DNA of 25,087 nt from the NCBI GenBank assembly GCA_963659395.1, contig CAVKTU010000003.1, forward strand, positions 1 through 25,087, written 5' to 3'. Position numbers and translations under genes: made by a program. The stretch comes from Holdemanella sp. GTDB taxonomy: Bacteria > Bacillota_I > Bacilli_A > RFN20 > CAG-826. Below are positions 16,021 to 24,949 of this stretch, in pieces (position 1 is the first letter of the stretch; every line of letters begins with the position of its first letter). The notes beneath the pieces were generated by a model. That model ran no database searches and was not told the DNA's origin. It worked only from the letters and a program-made list of their open reading frames with translations.

Positions 16021-18033
16021 TTATATCCCCCAAGAGACATAGATTTCGGATAGATCGCCGTTTTCTGAGTGTTTGGAGAACCCTAAAGCGTCGGCATCTT
16101 GCTTAAATTTGACGCGCTTTTCTTGTAGTTGAGTCGTGGTATAAGAGGAAGAATGGATTTCGAGCAAGGCGTAGCGAGGGAAGATCGATTCAACGAGGAT
16201 GGCATCACGGATTTCGCTATATTTGTCGGGGTTCGTGGTGGCAAGAGACGAAATCGCTTCTAACGCCTCTTCACAAAGGCCTTCCCATCTTTCAAGGAGG
16301 TTTTTAGGCCATATCGATGCGACGTTGATCACATCATAGATGCCGCCGCTAGAGATGTTCGGATAAGCCATCTCTTGCTGCATAGTCCATACGCGCATTT
16401 CTTCGTAGAATTGGCGCATCGGATTGGAGGCTTTGCCATAATATCCGTCGAAGAAAGTGTCGGTAATCTCCTTAACGTTGCTATTGACATCGAAGGCTAT
16501 TTTGGCGTCAATATAGAGCTTCAATCTGTTGAAACCGGTTCTTGCCGAAGAATTATGGGCGTTTTCCATATAAACCATTTTGGCATTATTCTCTTTAAGG
16601 AAACGCATCGTCTCCGGCGTTGCCGAGAAAGAGTTGTATGGATAGAGGTAATTGGAGAAATTGGTTTCATAGCCCCAAAAATAAACATTATCGGAGACGG
16701 CGCTCCAAGCTTTGATGTTATCCGCGTAAACCTCGTTTTCCTCTTCATAGAAACTATGGGTGAAAGAGGCGTCGATGGGGGCGATGTAAACGCAAACGTT
16801 GGGATTGGTGTGAATATTGTTGATGGCTTTGTAGACGCCGTTTTCCTTTACGGCGGGAGCGTTTTCGAAGGCGTGATACGCGAAGAAGGATATGTATATT
16901 TCGCGTTTGGCTTTGCCCGTTTCGTCCGCTATATGTTGATAATGCTCTTGAACGATATCGTCCAAATCGTTGATGAATAGCAAAGCGGTGGAGGAGAAAT
17001 GCCCGCCGTATTGAGAGGATACTTCTTTGCAAGTATCGCAATCGCAGGTGAAATAATTGTCTTCGATTGTGAAGGTGATGTTGGACAGTTCCGGATTCTT
17101 ATCGGCTGTGTTGATAAGAACGTCGGCCGCTGTTTTTTCCATTAACTTCAATTCTTCTTCATCGCCATGCGCGGTATAGCACAATTGGCCGGTGGTTGAG
17201 CCTTTGCTAGAGGACGAACACCCTTCGGATATGGTGCGTGCCGAATACCATTTCGGATGATCTTTTCCATAAGTTTCAGGCGGAAGGTATTGGAAATCGT
17301 TATGGAATTGAATGTTTCCGACGGTCATAAAGAGATCGTTCGCCGTAAAGCCGGCCCCATATCTCCAAGAGGTATCGGGATCATCGATTTTCCTGTAATC
17401 GAAATCGGGCCGTTCGGTAATGTCCATTTGAGGCAAAACCGATCCGTCTTTGCTAAAAGAGATGCTGTTTCCGTAATAAAGGTCGAATCCTAACAAAAGA
17501 TCAAGGAAACGGATGGCCATCGCGGAATAGGAATCTGAACCCGTGCCCATAAGGTATACGGCGTTGTCTTTCGTTTTGATTTCATAGCCGGTTTGGCCAA
17601 GATTTTCGCTTGTGTGCGTAAAGCCGGCCCCGACAAAGGAGGATTCGCTACCGATGACGATCGCTTTGCTTGAGGAAGGAATTGCGTCTCCTTCGGCGAT
17701 GGTATCGTTTTCTACATTGACGCCAGTGGCGTTGAAGATTTGTGTCGCGATATAGTTCGCGGCTGTTTTGGCTGCCGTGTCGTTTATATGGAGAATTCGA
17801 TAATCGGTTGTGTCATTGACGATAAAGGGGACACCGTTATCGTCAGCGCTTTTCACTTGATGGAGCGTCCCGTCGATATGATGGACTTCGTTATCGCTTT
17901 GCGTTTGCGTGGCGGGAGGAAGCGAATTCAGATCACCGTTTTGACTGTCTTTCTGTTCGCCGTTTTCGCTGCAACCAGCTAAAGGAAGGAGCAGGAAGAG
18001 AGGGACAATCCATAATTTCTTTGTCTTTTTCAT
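16021..18033 (-). CDS. DUF4838-like lipoprotein (putative glycoside hydrolase) with a GH20/GH67-type N-terminal domain
   Basis: Lipobox LAGC and RBS GGAGG. Motifs ERPDFDYR, HNDFQYLPPETYGKDHPKWY, QLCYT, EDNYFTCDCDTC, FFAY, IKAW...YFWGY, YIDAKIAFD and FFDGYYG are typical of DUF4838 proteins. Confidence 0.8.
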   Translation of the reverse strand: MKKTKKLWIVPLFLLLPLAGCSENGEQKDSQNGDLNSLPPATQTQSDNEVHHIDGTLHQVKSADDNGVPFIVNDTTDYRILHINDTAAKTAANYIATQIFNATGVNVENDTIAEGDAIPSSSKAIVIGSESSFVGAGFTHTSENLGQTGYEIKTKDNAVYLMGTGSDSYSAMAIRFLDLLLGFDLYYGNSISFSKDGSVLPQMDITERPDFDYRKIDDPDTSWRYGAGFTANDLFMTVGNIQFHNDFQYLPPETYGKDHPKWYSARTISEGCSSSSKGSTTGQLCYTAHGDEEELKLMEKTAADVLINTADKNPELSNITFTIEDNYFTCDCDTCKEVSSQYGGHFSSTALLFINDLDDIVQEHYQHIADETGKAKREIYISFFAYHAFENAPAVKENGVYKAINNIHTNPNVCVYIAPIDASFTHSFYEEENEVYADNIKAWSAVSDNVYFWGYETNFSNYLYPYNSFSATPETMRFLKENNAKMVYMENAHNSSARTGFNRLKLYIDAKIAFDVNSNVKEITDTFFDGYYGKASNPMRQFYEEMRVWTMQQEMAYPNISSGGIYDVINVASIWPKNLLERWEGLCEEALEAISSLATTNPDKYSEIRDAILVESIFPRYALLEIHSSSYTTTQLQEKRVKFKQDADALGFSKHSENGDLSEIYVSWGI

Positions 18034-18034
18034 T

Positions 18035-21034
18035 TCATTTTCCTCCTTGTTTTACTAGGCACTTGGCGGTGGCGTATGATGCGTTTCCGCTTTCGTCGAT
18101 TGCCAGAATCTTAAACGTGTATATTCCCGACGAAGTCGTTTTTATGCTGTTCGATCCTTCGGGCAAGAGGATTTCGTTTCCTAATGGATTTACCACCGAT
18201 TTCACAATGGTGATGTCCTCGCTCGAGGTGAGGTTATCGGTCACTTTAAAATTAGGCATGACGATAACGTCGCCGACTTTAGCCTCCTTCGTCCAACCCG
18301 ATGTGAAGGTGATGACGGGCGCTTCGGAATCCACGCAATTAACGTTATAGGAAAAGATAATTTGGTTAGATCTATTCCCGTTCAAATCGGATTGGTCATC
18401 GATTGTATAGATGAAAGTGTAGCGTCCGTATTTTGTCAATTCGATTTGAAGGTCGTTTTGCTGTTCGTAATTGGCCAATTTATCGCCATTAGCCAAGCAA
18501 ACCGTCTCGCCATCGGGGTCGGTGACGCTTAGGCGCAAATTCGCGACTGGCTGGATGACATCGTTAATCAAAGGGTTTCTAGCGATGTAAACGGCTCCTT
18601 TTTCGTAAGCGCCGCCATATTCGCCATCGACATAATATTCGGGCTCACCGCGATCGGTGGAAGAAGAGGAGAAAACATGGGAATTGATTGACCGAACCGA
18701 ATAAGAAAGATCGGAATCCCCTTTGACGGACACGCTTAATTTGACGAAACGGCTAGGGAAGCTAGCGAAAGGGCTCCCGTCATTATTGCCATTCACTTCG
18801 AAACTAAGGCCGGCGATGGAAACGATGCCATCTTGATATGAATATGTAAACGATGACAAGGAGCTTCCGGAAAGGACATAGTTTCCTCCGTCTAAAATCA
18901 AGGAAGTCTCTTCGTCGGTAATCTTAATCGTCCCTGTGAAAGAGATGTTTTCGTTTTGAGAATCCGTTAAAGTGACGGAGAATTCGTCGACACCGCTAAG
19001 GGAAGAAACGTTGAGACTAAAATTTTCACTGATGAGTTTGGAGAAGAACTTCCAATCCGATTCAGCGCCATTGTTAACGAAATCGATCCCATTGTTGCTT
19101 CCGTTAGCGGTATATCCGCTTCCTAAGAAATAATTTTCGGATTTCAAGCGGTTATTCTCATAAGCGATGATGCCAATTTCCGTCTTTTCGTACACGCAGT
19201 CTTCGCCTTTAAGGAAACGCAGTTTTATGGTATCGCCGTTATTGGAAACAGATGGGGTAAAAGAGGCACCCGCTTGATAAATCTTGCTGCCTGAGGCGTC
19301 GCTTATTTCCACATCGCAAAGGGATTTGTCGGCTTTTCCGTTTTGAAATGTATAGGCATAGACGTTGGGTGTTTTATAACTTTGCCCGCTAATATAGCCA
19401 GTGGCTCCATCGTTTTCGACGCTAGCTAGGACGGCATGATTATTATCGACGATTTCGATCGCCTTGCCGAAAATCGTTTCCGTCCCAAAATAATCCTTCA
19501 CGCTATAACGGAGAGTGTAGTGGCCCGTTTTAAGGGGTTGGGCCTTATTATCTACGATTTGTACTTCGCTATCTTCGCTTCTTAGGCTTGTGGCAACGGA
19601 GAGCTTTCCCGATCCGCCTTTAAGGTTGATGAGCTCTGGGATATCGATGATCGTTCCCACTGGATAGGAATTTTGTATCTCGGTAGAGACAAGAGCGGTT
19701 ATTGGCGATATTTCGCCGCCGACATGCACCCAAAGGATTTCTTTTCCTTCTTGATGGTAGGCGTCTATGGCGCGATAGACGATGGCGTAATACCCGTTTT
19801 TGGTCGGGACGAATTTGTCATCTTTTATCTCGACGCTTTCCGGATTTTCCGAATTGTAGTTGTAATAAACTCTAGTTTCGACGGGGACTACGTTTTTCTC
19901 GCCGTCTTTGGCCGTTGCTTTCGGCACTGGATAAGCCGTCCCAATCCGCCCTTCGGGCAAGGTGTCGTAATCGTTATCCACAGTTACCTTTGGCGGTTCC
20001 ACGTCGTATTTCTTCTGATTGATATCGACGCCTAAGACGCTAGTGACGCAGAATCTCGCAATCGTGTCGTTATAGGTGCCGCACGAGACCGACAGGCGGG
20101 CCCTTCCGCTAGGGAAGCCGCTCCATAATTTCGAATAATAGGTTGAATCATCAAGATCGGAGCATTTTTCGCCGCAGGTATACGTTTCCAAGGTTTTTCC
20201 GTCGACCGCCAATCTAAAGCCATATTGGCTCGGGTCGACCCAGCGGAAGTTGTAGTTGTCGTTGGCTTCTTTGCAGTTAAACGTGAAGGTCGTCTTCGTC
20301 CCGAAGAAGTTCGTTGTCACGTGATGCCCATCGGTATCCCAACCCGCTAAAGTTTGACCGTTTCCGGCGGCTTTCCAATAAGTAATACCCGGATAAACGG
20401 CATCGTAATCGGCGTAGCCGTTGCCTAGGAAAGTCAAATACACGGAAGGGTCGTCAACATCGGTGAAGGTGAAGGTCATTTGACTATAGTCATATTCCCC
20501 TTGCGTTTTCGGGGTGACGAAGCCCGTGACGAGTGGCTGGTCTTTTCGCATGTCGCTGACGTCGATTGGCTCTTCGATAGTCAAGGTGTCGCCTTTCGTC
20601 AAAGAGACGTAAACTCCTTTGGCGCTGGTGTATTCCTTAGCGAATTCGGGAATCTCGTAGCTAATGGAGCTCGTGGAGAGGTTATTATAGGTAAAGAGGT
20701 TCTTCCTCACCATGAAATGCTCTTCGTGGTAAAGGGTCTCGTTTCCTGATAAAGCCGTGTAGGTTATGGTGTAATAGCCGTATTGATCAAGCGTTAAATC
20801 GCTAGAAGAAGTCGAGGTTCCGTCAGGATAAACCATAATTCCCTTGACGGTTTTACCATTATCGAAGGTATAGGAAGGAACCGAAAGGGAATCGCCATAG
20901 TCGTATTCCTCTAATAAAGGAGACTCAAGCTTCGCTCCGCTAGTCGCGAAGGGCAGATTCGCGGCGAGGACGATAGCTAAGCATCCGGAAAGGGAAAAAG
21001 CGGAAAGGCCCAAGATTGCTTTTGTCTTTTTCAT
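18035..21034 (-). CDS. Large (999 aa) exported protein with multiple Ig-like modules and two related non-Ig domains
   Basis: RBS AGGAGG and an ATGA overlap with the permease. N-terminal signal, which also contains LSGC. Ig-like starts DVEPPKV, DRGEPE and DSEAPVI; Ig-like ends YTITYTA, YAIVYRAIDAY, YTLRYSVKDYFG, YTFIYTIDD and YTFKILAIDESGN. Confidence 0.8.
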   Translation of the reverse strand: MKKTKAILGLSAFSLSGCLAIVLAANLPFATSGAKLESPLLEEYDYGDSLSVPSYTFDNGKTVKGIMVYPDGTSTSSSDLTLDQYGYYTITYTALSGNETLYHEEHFMVRKNLFTYNNLSTSSISYEIPEFAKEYTSAKGVYVSLTKGDTLTIEEPIDVSDMRKDQPLVTGFVTPKTQGEYDYSQMTFTFTDVDDPSVYLTFLGNGYADYDAVYPGITYWKAAGNGQTLAGWDTDGHHVTTNFFGTKTTFTFNCKEANDNYNFRWVDPSQYGFRLAVDGKTLETYTCGEKCSDLDDSTYYSKLWSGFPSGRARLSVSCGTYNDTIARFCVTSVLGVDINQKKYDVEPPKVTVDNDYDTLPEGRIGTAYPVPKATAKDGEKNVVPVETRVYYNYNSENPESVEIKDDKFVPTKNGYYAIVYRAIDAYHQEGKEILWVHVGGEISPITALVSTEIQNSYPVGTIIDIPELINLKGGSGKLSVATSLRSEDSEVQIVDNKAQPLKTGHYTLRYSVKDYFGTETIFGKAIEIVDNNHAVLASVENDGATGYISGQSYKTPNVYAYTFQNGKADKSLCDVEISDASGSKIYQAGASFTPSVSNNGDTIKLRFLKGEDCVYEKTEIGIIAYENNRLKSENYFLGSGYTANGSNNGIDFVNNGAESDWKFFSKLISENFSLNVSSLSGVDEFSVTLTDSQNENISFTGTIKITDEETSLILDGGNYVLSGSSLSSFTYSYQDGIVSIAGLSFEVNGNNDGSPFASFPSRFVKLSVSVKGDSDLSYSVRSINSHVFSSSSTDRGEPEYYVDGEYGGAYEKGAVYIARNPLINDVIQPVANLRLSVTDPDGETVCLANGDKLANYEQQNDLQIELTKYGRYTFIYTIDDQSDLNGNRSNQIIFSYNVNCVDSEAPVITFTSGWTKEAKVGDVIVMPNFKVTDNLTSSEDITIVKSVVNPLGNEILLPEGSNSIKTTSSGIYTFKILAIDESGNASYATAKCLVKQGGK

Positions 21035-21921
21035 TTGATACCTCCTACGGTGATATTTCCCAATAGTCTCTTATGAGAGCAAAGGAACAGGATAGTCGGC
21101 GGGAGCAAGGCGATAAAGGCTAAGGCCAATTTCCCTGGGGTGTTGGAGACGAGGTTGTCGGCCCCGTAATTCATCGCGTTGGCGTAAACGGCATAGAAAA
21201 TGGTTGGGTGATTGGGGAGATAGAGGAAAGGGGTCTGATAATCGTTCCAGAAGGTGATGAAATAAATTAGGAAAACCGTGAAGAAAGTGTTCCTGATTAA
21301 GGGGAGCATGATTCGGCACATGATCGTGAAGTTTCCGGCGCCATCGATTTTAGCGGCTTCTGAGAAGGTTTCGGGAACCCCTTTGAAGGTCTCGTAGAAG
21401 ATAAGGAAATATAAGCCGAGGAAGTTCGCTTTCATGATCCATAGGCCCCATATCTGGTCGTAGATCCCCAAAGTGGAGGCCACTTGAATCTCCGAGGCGG
21501 TGCTCCCGACGATCGGAATCATCATGGTGACTAAGACGACGACGTAAAAGACATTGAGGAATTTGTATTTGAAACGGGCGCAGACATAGGCCGTTAGGCA
21601 AGGCACCAACGTTTGCACGAAGGCGCATCCCAGGGCATAAAGGAAAGAATTAAGGAACATTTCGGGCAGACGCACGGAACGGGTCCCGCCGTCGACGGGC
21701 AGTCCATAATTCGAGAAAAAGTATTGGTAATAGGTGGTGATCCATTTCTTTGGGAAGGCGAAGCCGCTGCTGTTGAAGAAGTCGCCGTTGGCTTCTTTGA
21801 AAGTGGTGATGAAGCCCCAATAAAGCAAACCAAAGAGACTTAGTGCATAAATGATGAGAAAGGCTAAAATCACGATCATGAGAGGCGTGAATTTCTTATT
21901 GAATTTACTGATTCTTCTCAT
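21031..21921 (-). CDS. Carbohydrate ABC transporter permease (MalG/UgpE type)
   Basis: FLNSFLYA, AYVCARFKY, EAA loop EAAKIDGAG, FWNDY and C-terminal ITVGGIK. About 6 TM. Confidence 0.93.
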   Translation of the reverse strand: MRRISKFNKKFTPLMIVILAFLIIYALSLFGLLYWGFITTFKEANGDFFNSSGFAFPKKWITTYYQYFFSNYGLPVDGGTRSVRLPEMFLNSFLYALGCAFVQTLVPCLTAYVCARFKYKFLNVFYVVVLVTMMIPIVGSTASEIQVASTLGIYDQIWGLWIMKANFLGLYFLIFYETFKGVPETFSEAAKIDGAGNFTIMCRIMLPLIRNTFFTVFLIYFITFWNDYQTPFLYLPNHPTIFYAVYANAMNYGADNLVSNTPGKLALAFIALLPPTILFLCSHKRLLGNITVGGIK

Positions 21922-21924
21922 CTT

Positions 21925-22878
21925 TCAATCCTCGCTGGGCCCATATTTGTTGAGCAAGAAACGCACCAAGAAGGTAAGAGGTATGGCGATAAAGGAGAAG
22001 ACGATGCCCAAAAGGGCGAGTTTCGGATAGAAGGTATAGCCTTCGTTTCGAAGGGAATTGAAGAGATAATAGCCCAGGGTTTGCATGTCGGTGGGGCAAT
22101 TGGGGCCATAGAAGGAATAGAGGCTGAATTGCTCGGTGAAGATCGTCGCTAAGGAGGTGACGAAGAAAACCTTGAAAGTCGGGAAGACGAGGGGGAAGAC
22201 GATGGAACGGAATTCCCTTATCCCCTTCGCTCCGTCGATCGATGCCGCCTCGAGGATCTCGGGAGAGATGGCGGACATCGCGTTGGCGTACATAAGAACC
22301 GAGGTCCCAAAGCCCGACCAGATATTAAAGAAAATGACGACCGATTCCCTGACCCATAAAGGGTTCCTCGGACCCGTCACCCCGCTCATGCTATTAAGAA
22401 TGGTTTCGGCAAAAGGGAAATCCATGAAGTTCATGTAAAGAAGCACGAGAATCAAGGCCGAGATGATGGAGGGTAGATATAAGACGACGCGGAAGAAGCC
22501 CGATGCGGGCATCTTTTTGGCGATGTAATAAGAGAAAAGGAGACCGAGTGGCGTCCCGATAATGACGCCTGCCGCCCAATTGAGGGTCGACATCCCTAGC
22601 ATGGAAAGGAAGTCTTGGCCGGAAAAGAAATCTTGGCACCAAGACCAATTCTCCAAAAAGGCTGCCCAACTTGTCGTGACCAAATGGCTTTCGTCTAAGG
22701 ACAGATCAAATTTTTGGAAAACCATCAAGAAGGAATTGAAATTGACGCCGAGATAGAAGACGGCGAATTGGGCCGTGGGCCAAATCAATAGCAAAATAAC
22801 GAACAGCAAGTCCTGCCAGCCCGATTTCTTGGCTCGGTTTTTGTCGTTAGCTCTGTTTACTAGGACCGCCGTTTTCAT
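21925..22878 (-). CDS. Carbohydrate ABC transporter permease (MalF/UgpA type)
   Basis: FFRVVLYLPSIIS, WSGFG and EAA loop AISPEILEAASIDGA. About 6 TM. Confidence 0.93.
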   Translation of the reverse strand: MKTAVLVNRANDKNRAKKSGWQDLLFVILLLIWPTAQFAVFYLGVNFNSFLMVFQKFDLSLDESHLVTTSWAAFLENWSWCQDFFSGQDFLSMLGMSTLNWAAGVIIGTPLGLLFSYYIAKKMPASGFFRVVLYLPSIISALILVLLYMNFMDFPFAETILNSMSGVTGPRNPLWVRESVVIFFNIWSGFGTSVLMYANAMSAISPEILEAASIDGAKGIREFRSIVFPLVFPTFKVFFVTSLATIFTEQFSLYSFYGPNCPTDMQTLGYYLFNSLRNEGYTFYPKLALLGIVFSFIAIPLTFLVRFLLNKYGPSED

Positions 22879-22893
22879 TTCCTTGAATCCAAA

Positions 22894-24615
22894 TTAAATG
22901 TTCGACCAATAATTCTTATAGTAGGAATAGGATCCTTCGAAGACATCGGATAAGCTGCCGCGATTGAATTTGAAGGGTTCGGCCGGATAGTTATAATTGC
23001 CGCCGACGGTGCTTCTAAAATAAGCGCTTGGCTCGAAGAGCTCTTGGTGATTCACATAGACGCCTGCTTTAGAAAAGGGATATACCAGCGAAGTGGTGGA
23101 GGCGTTCTTGTATTCGTATAGCGCCTTGCCATAGAGGCTGAGACTATTCTTTTGCTCCTCGCTAAGCTCATAATGCAAGCATCTGGTCGTATAGGTCGTT
23201 TCGGTGAATTTGGCCAATTGCTCGTCGGTGTTCATGAATTGGAGGAAATCTATCGCTAAGGCCTTTTTCTCATCGGAAAGCCCCTTTTTGACGAATTGGA
23301 GGGAATTGAGGATGTCGGTGTAGGTGGCGTGATAAGTGTCGCTAGCTTGCGCCTTTGGGAAAGGCATCAACCCGAAATTTCTTTCGGTCGGGAGTTGCTT
23401 GCCTGGGTAATTGTTATGCATATAATTCCAAGCGTCGGCCGCTTCGTTTTGCCACCATGATCCGTCGATTAGCATCGCGGTGTCTTTTTCTCGGCCGTTC
23501 GTGCCTTGCGATCCATATACGAAAGAGGTTTGGGCGCCGATTTGCGTTTGGGAATTGTTATCGTTTCGCGGATGTTGCCAATCAGTGGTCTGTATTATCT
23601 TTTGCAAGAACGATAGGACGTCATAACGGGATTTGGCTCTGGTTAATTCGTATCCGTTCTTCTCATTTATGGCCAATTCGCCGTCGATTTTTGGATTTCC
23701 GTCGCTATCGAGGACAATTTTACCCGAGCCATCGATTTGCACGAGGCCCGTGGCCGTTCCGTTAAAGGAATATTGAAGTTCCGCTTGCTCATACCCAAGC
23801 AAAGACGAGAGCATGCAGCCGAGCATCGAAGCCGTGTAGGTGTTGTATTCGGAGCCGGCCCAGGCGATCGCGTACCGCTCATCGTGATGGATATAGTCAC
23901 AAAGGAAATAGAACTCGTCGAAGGTCTCGGGGAGGCCATCGTCGGAAGTTCCTTCGATTCCATCGGGTCCAGGCGCCAAATCGTCGGTATCGGGATAGCC
24001 GAAATAGTCATCCCAATTAGCTTTCAAAGAAACATCTGGATGGTCTTTTTTGAAGTAATATCCGCGGCTTTGGAACAAATCGATGTTGTAATTAATGCCA
24101 TAGGTGCCAGAGTAATGCGGAATGCCGTAATAGTGAGTCGTTCCATCATCGGCTTGATATCCATAGAAACTCTTCTGGGCGTCATCCATTTTGCTTTCGA
24201 TCGTTTTGCCCGTTTCGTATGGATTAGCGCCGGTTACGGCTTCGGTTATGTCATCGATGTACCCGTTAGCGACGTAATAGGGGTATTTGGCCTTTTCGGC
24301 GAAATACACTTCATAGTTATTCGTGGCGAATTCGGGCCCTTCATAAGTTCTTTTGTCACCGGTGATCAAGATCTGAACGCCCGTTTTGTCGCCGTATTTG
24401 GTATCGGCATGAAGGGCTTCGTATTCGTTTTTGAGGTTATTGATCCACGTCGTCCCATAGCCGCCGGCGAAATTATGGATCCGGAGTTGTATTTTCGAGG
24501 CGTCGATTATTTCGTCGCCTCCGTCTTGGCCGTCTCCGCCACAAGAAGAGAGCCCCAAACTGGCGCAGGTCGCCAGAAGACCGACGACAAATTTCGATGA
24601 ATTGTTCTTTTTCAT
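22894..24615 (-). CDS. Carbohydrate ABC transporter substrate-binding lipoprotein (family 1-like, enlarged)
   Basis: Lipobox LSSC and RBS GGAG. Motifs YGIPHY..GINYNIDLF, PETFDEF, AMLIDGSWW, FGLMPFP and AIDFLQFM. First gene upstream of two CUT1 permeases. Confidence 0.9.
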   Translation of the reverse strand: MKKNNSSKFVVGLLATCASLGLSSCGGDGQDGGDEIIDASKIQLRIHNFAGGYGTTWINNLKNEYEALHADTKYGDKTGVQILITGDKRTYEGPEFATNNYEVYFAEKAKYPYYVANGYIDDITEAVTGANPYETGKTIESKMDDAQKSFYGYQADDGTTHYYGIPHYSGTYGINYNIDLFQSRGYYFKKDHPDVSLKANWDDYFGYPDTDDLAPGPDGIEGTSDDGLPETFDEFYFLCDYIHHDERYAIAWAGSEYNTYTASMLGCMLSSLLGYEQAELQYSFNGTATGLVQIDGSGKIVLDSDGNPKIDGELAINEKNGYELTRAKSRYDVLSFLQKIIQTTDWQHPRNDNNSQTQIGAQTSFVYGSQGTNGREKDTAMLIDGSWWQNEAADAWNYMHNNYPGKQLPTERNFGLMPFPKAQASDTYHATYTDILNSLQFVKKGLSDEKKALAIDFLQFMNTDEQLAKFTETTYTTRCLHYELSEEQKNSLSLYGKALYEYKNASTTSLVYPFSKAGVYVNHQELFEPSAYFRSTVGGNYNYPAEPFKFNRGSLSDVFEGSYSYYKNYWSNI

Positions 24616-24676
24616 AATGTCTCCAAATTGAAAACCACGACTTTATGGTTTAAATATAACTTCTATGGAAGAGCCT

Positions 24677-24690
24677 TGTGAGCGTTTTCT
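24677..24690. promoter_or_regulatory. cre / LacI-family operator-like site upstream of the ABC operon
   Basis: TGTGAGCGTTTTCT, a 13/14 match to TGWNANCGNTNWCA. It overlaps the -35 region of a minus-strand -10 TATATT (24653-24658). Confidence 0.55.
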
Positions 24691-24721
24691 TATCAATTGT
24701 TTCGTTTTTAAATACTTGTTA

Positions 24722-24735
24722 TGTATGCGGTTACA
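24722..24735. promoter_or_regulatory. Second cre / LacI-family operator-like site
   Basis: TGTATGCGGTTACA, a 13/14 match to TGWNANCGNTNWCA, within the pseudo-palindrome ATGTA..CG..TACAT. Confidence 0.55.
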
Positions 24736-24949
24736 TAAAAACAAAAGCTTTGCCTAAGTCCAAGTTTTGTTTATCGGCTCTAACGCCATTTTTTGATGAT
24801 CGGATGATATTTTGGCTAATCGCTGGGTGCGACGGGTTTAAGCGGAGACCATAAGGAAAAGCGTTCGCGTTGTTGCTTATATAAGTAAGGATAATAAGAT
24901 AGCTATCCACGTTTGGCCTTATTATCAAAGGAAGGAATAAAAAGTTAAG

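Noticed and set aside
16375..16980. 201-aa plus-strand ORF and the other short ORFs nested in the operon genes
   Set aside because: Antisense or alternative-frame overlaps of motif-supported CDSs with no independent signals.
23737..24600. 287-aa plus-strand ORF antisense to the SBP gene
   Set aside because: Fully nested opposite a well-supported gene, with no recognisable motifs or RBS; a typical codon-bias shadow ORF.
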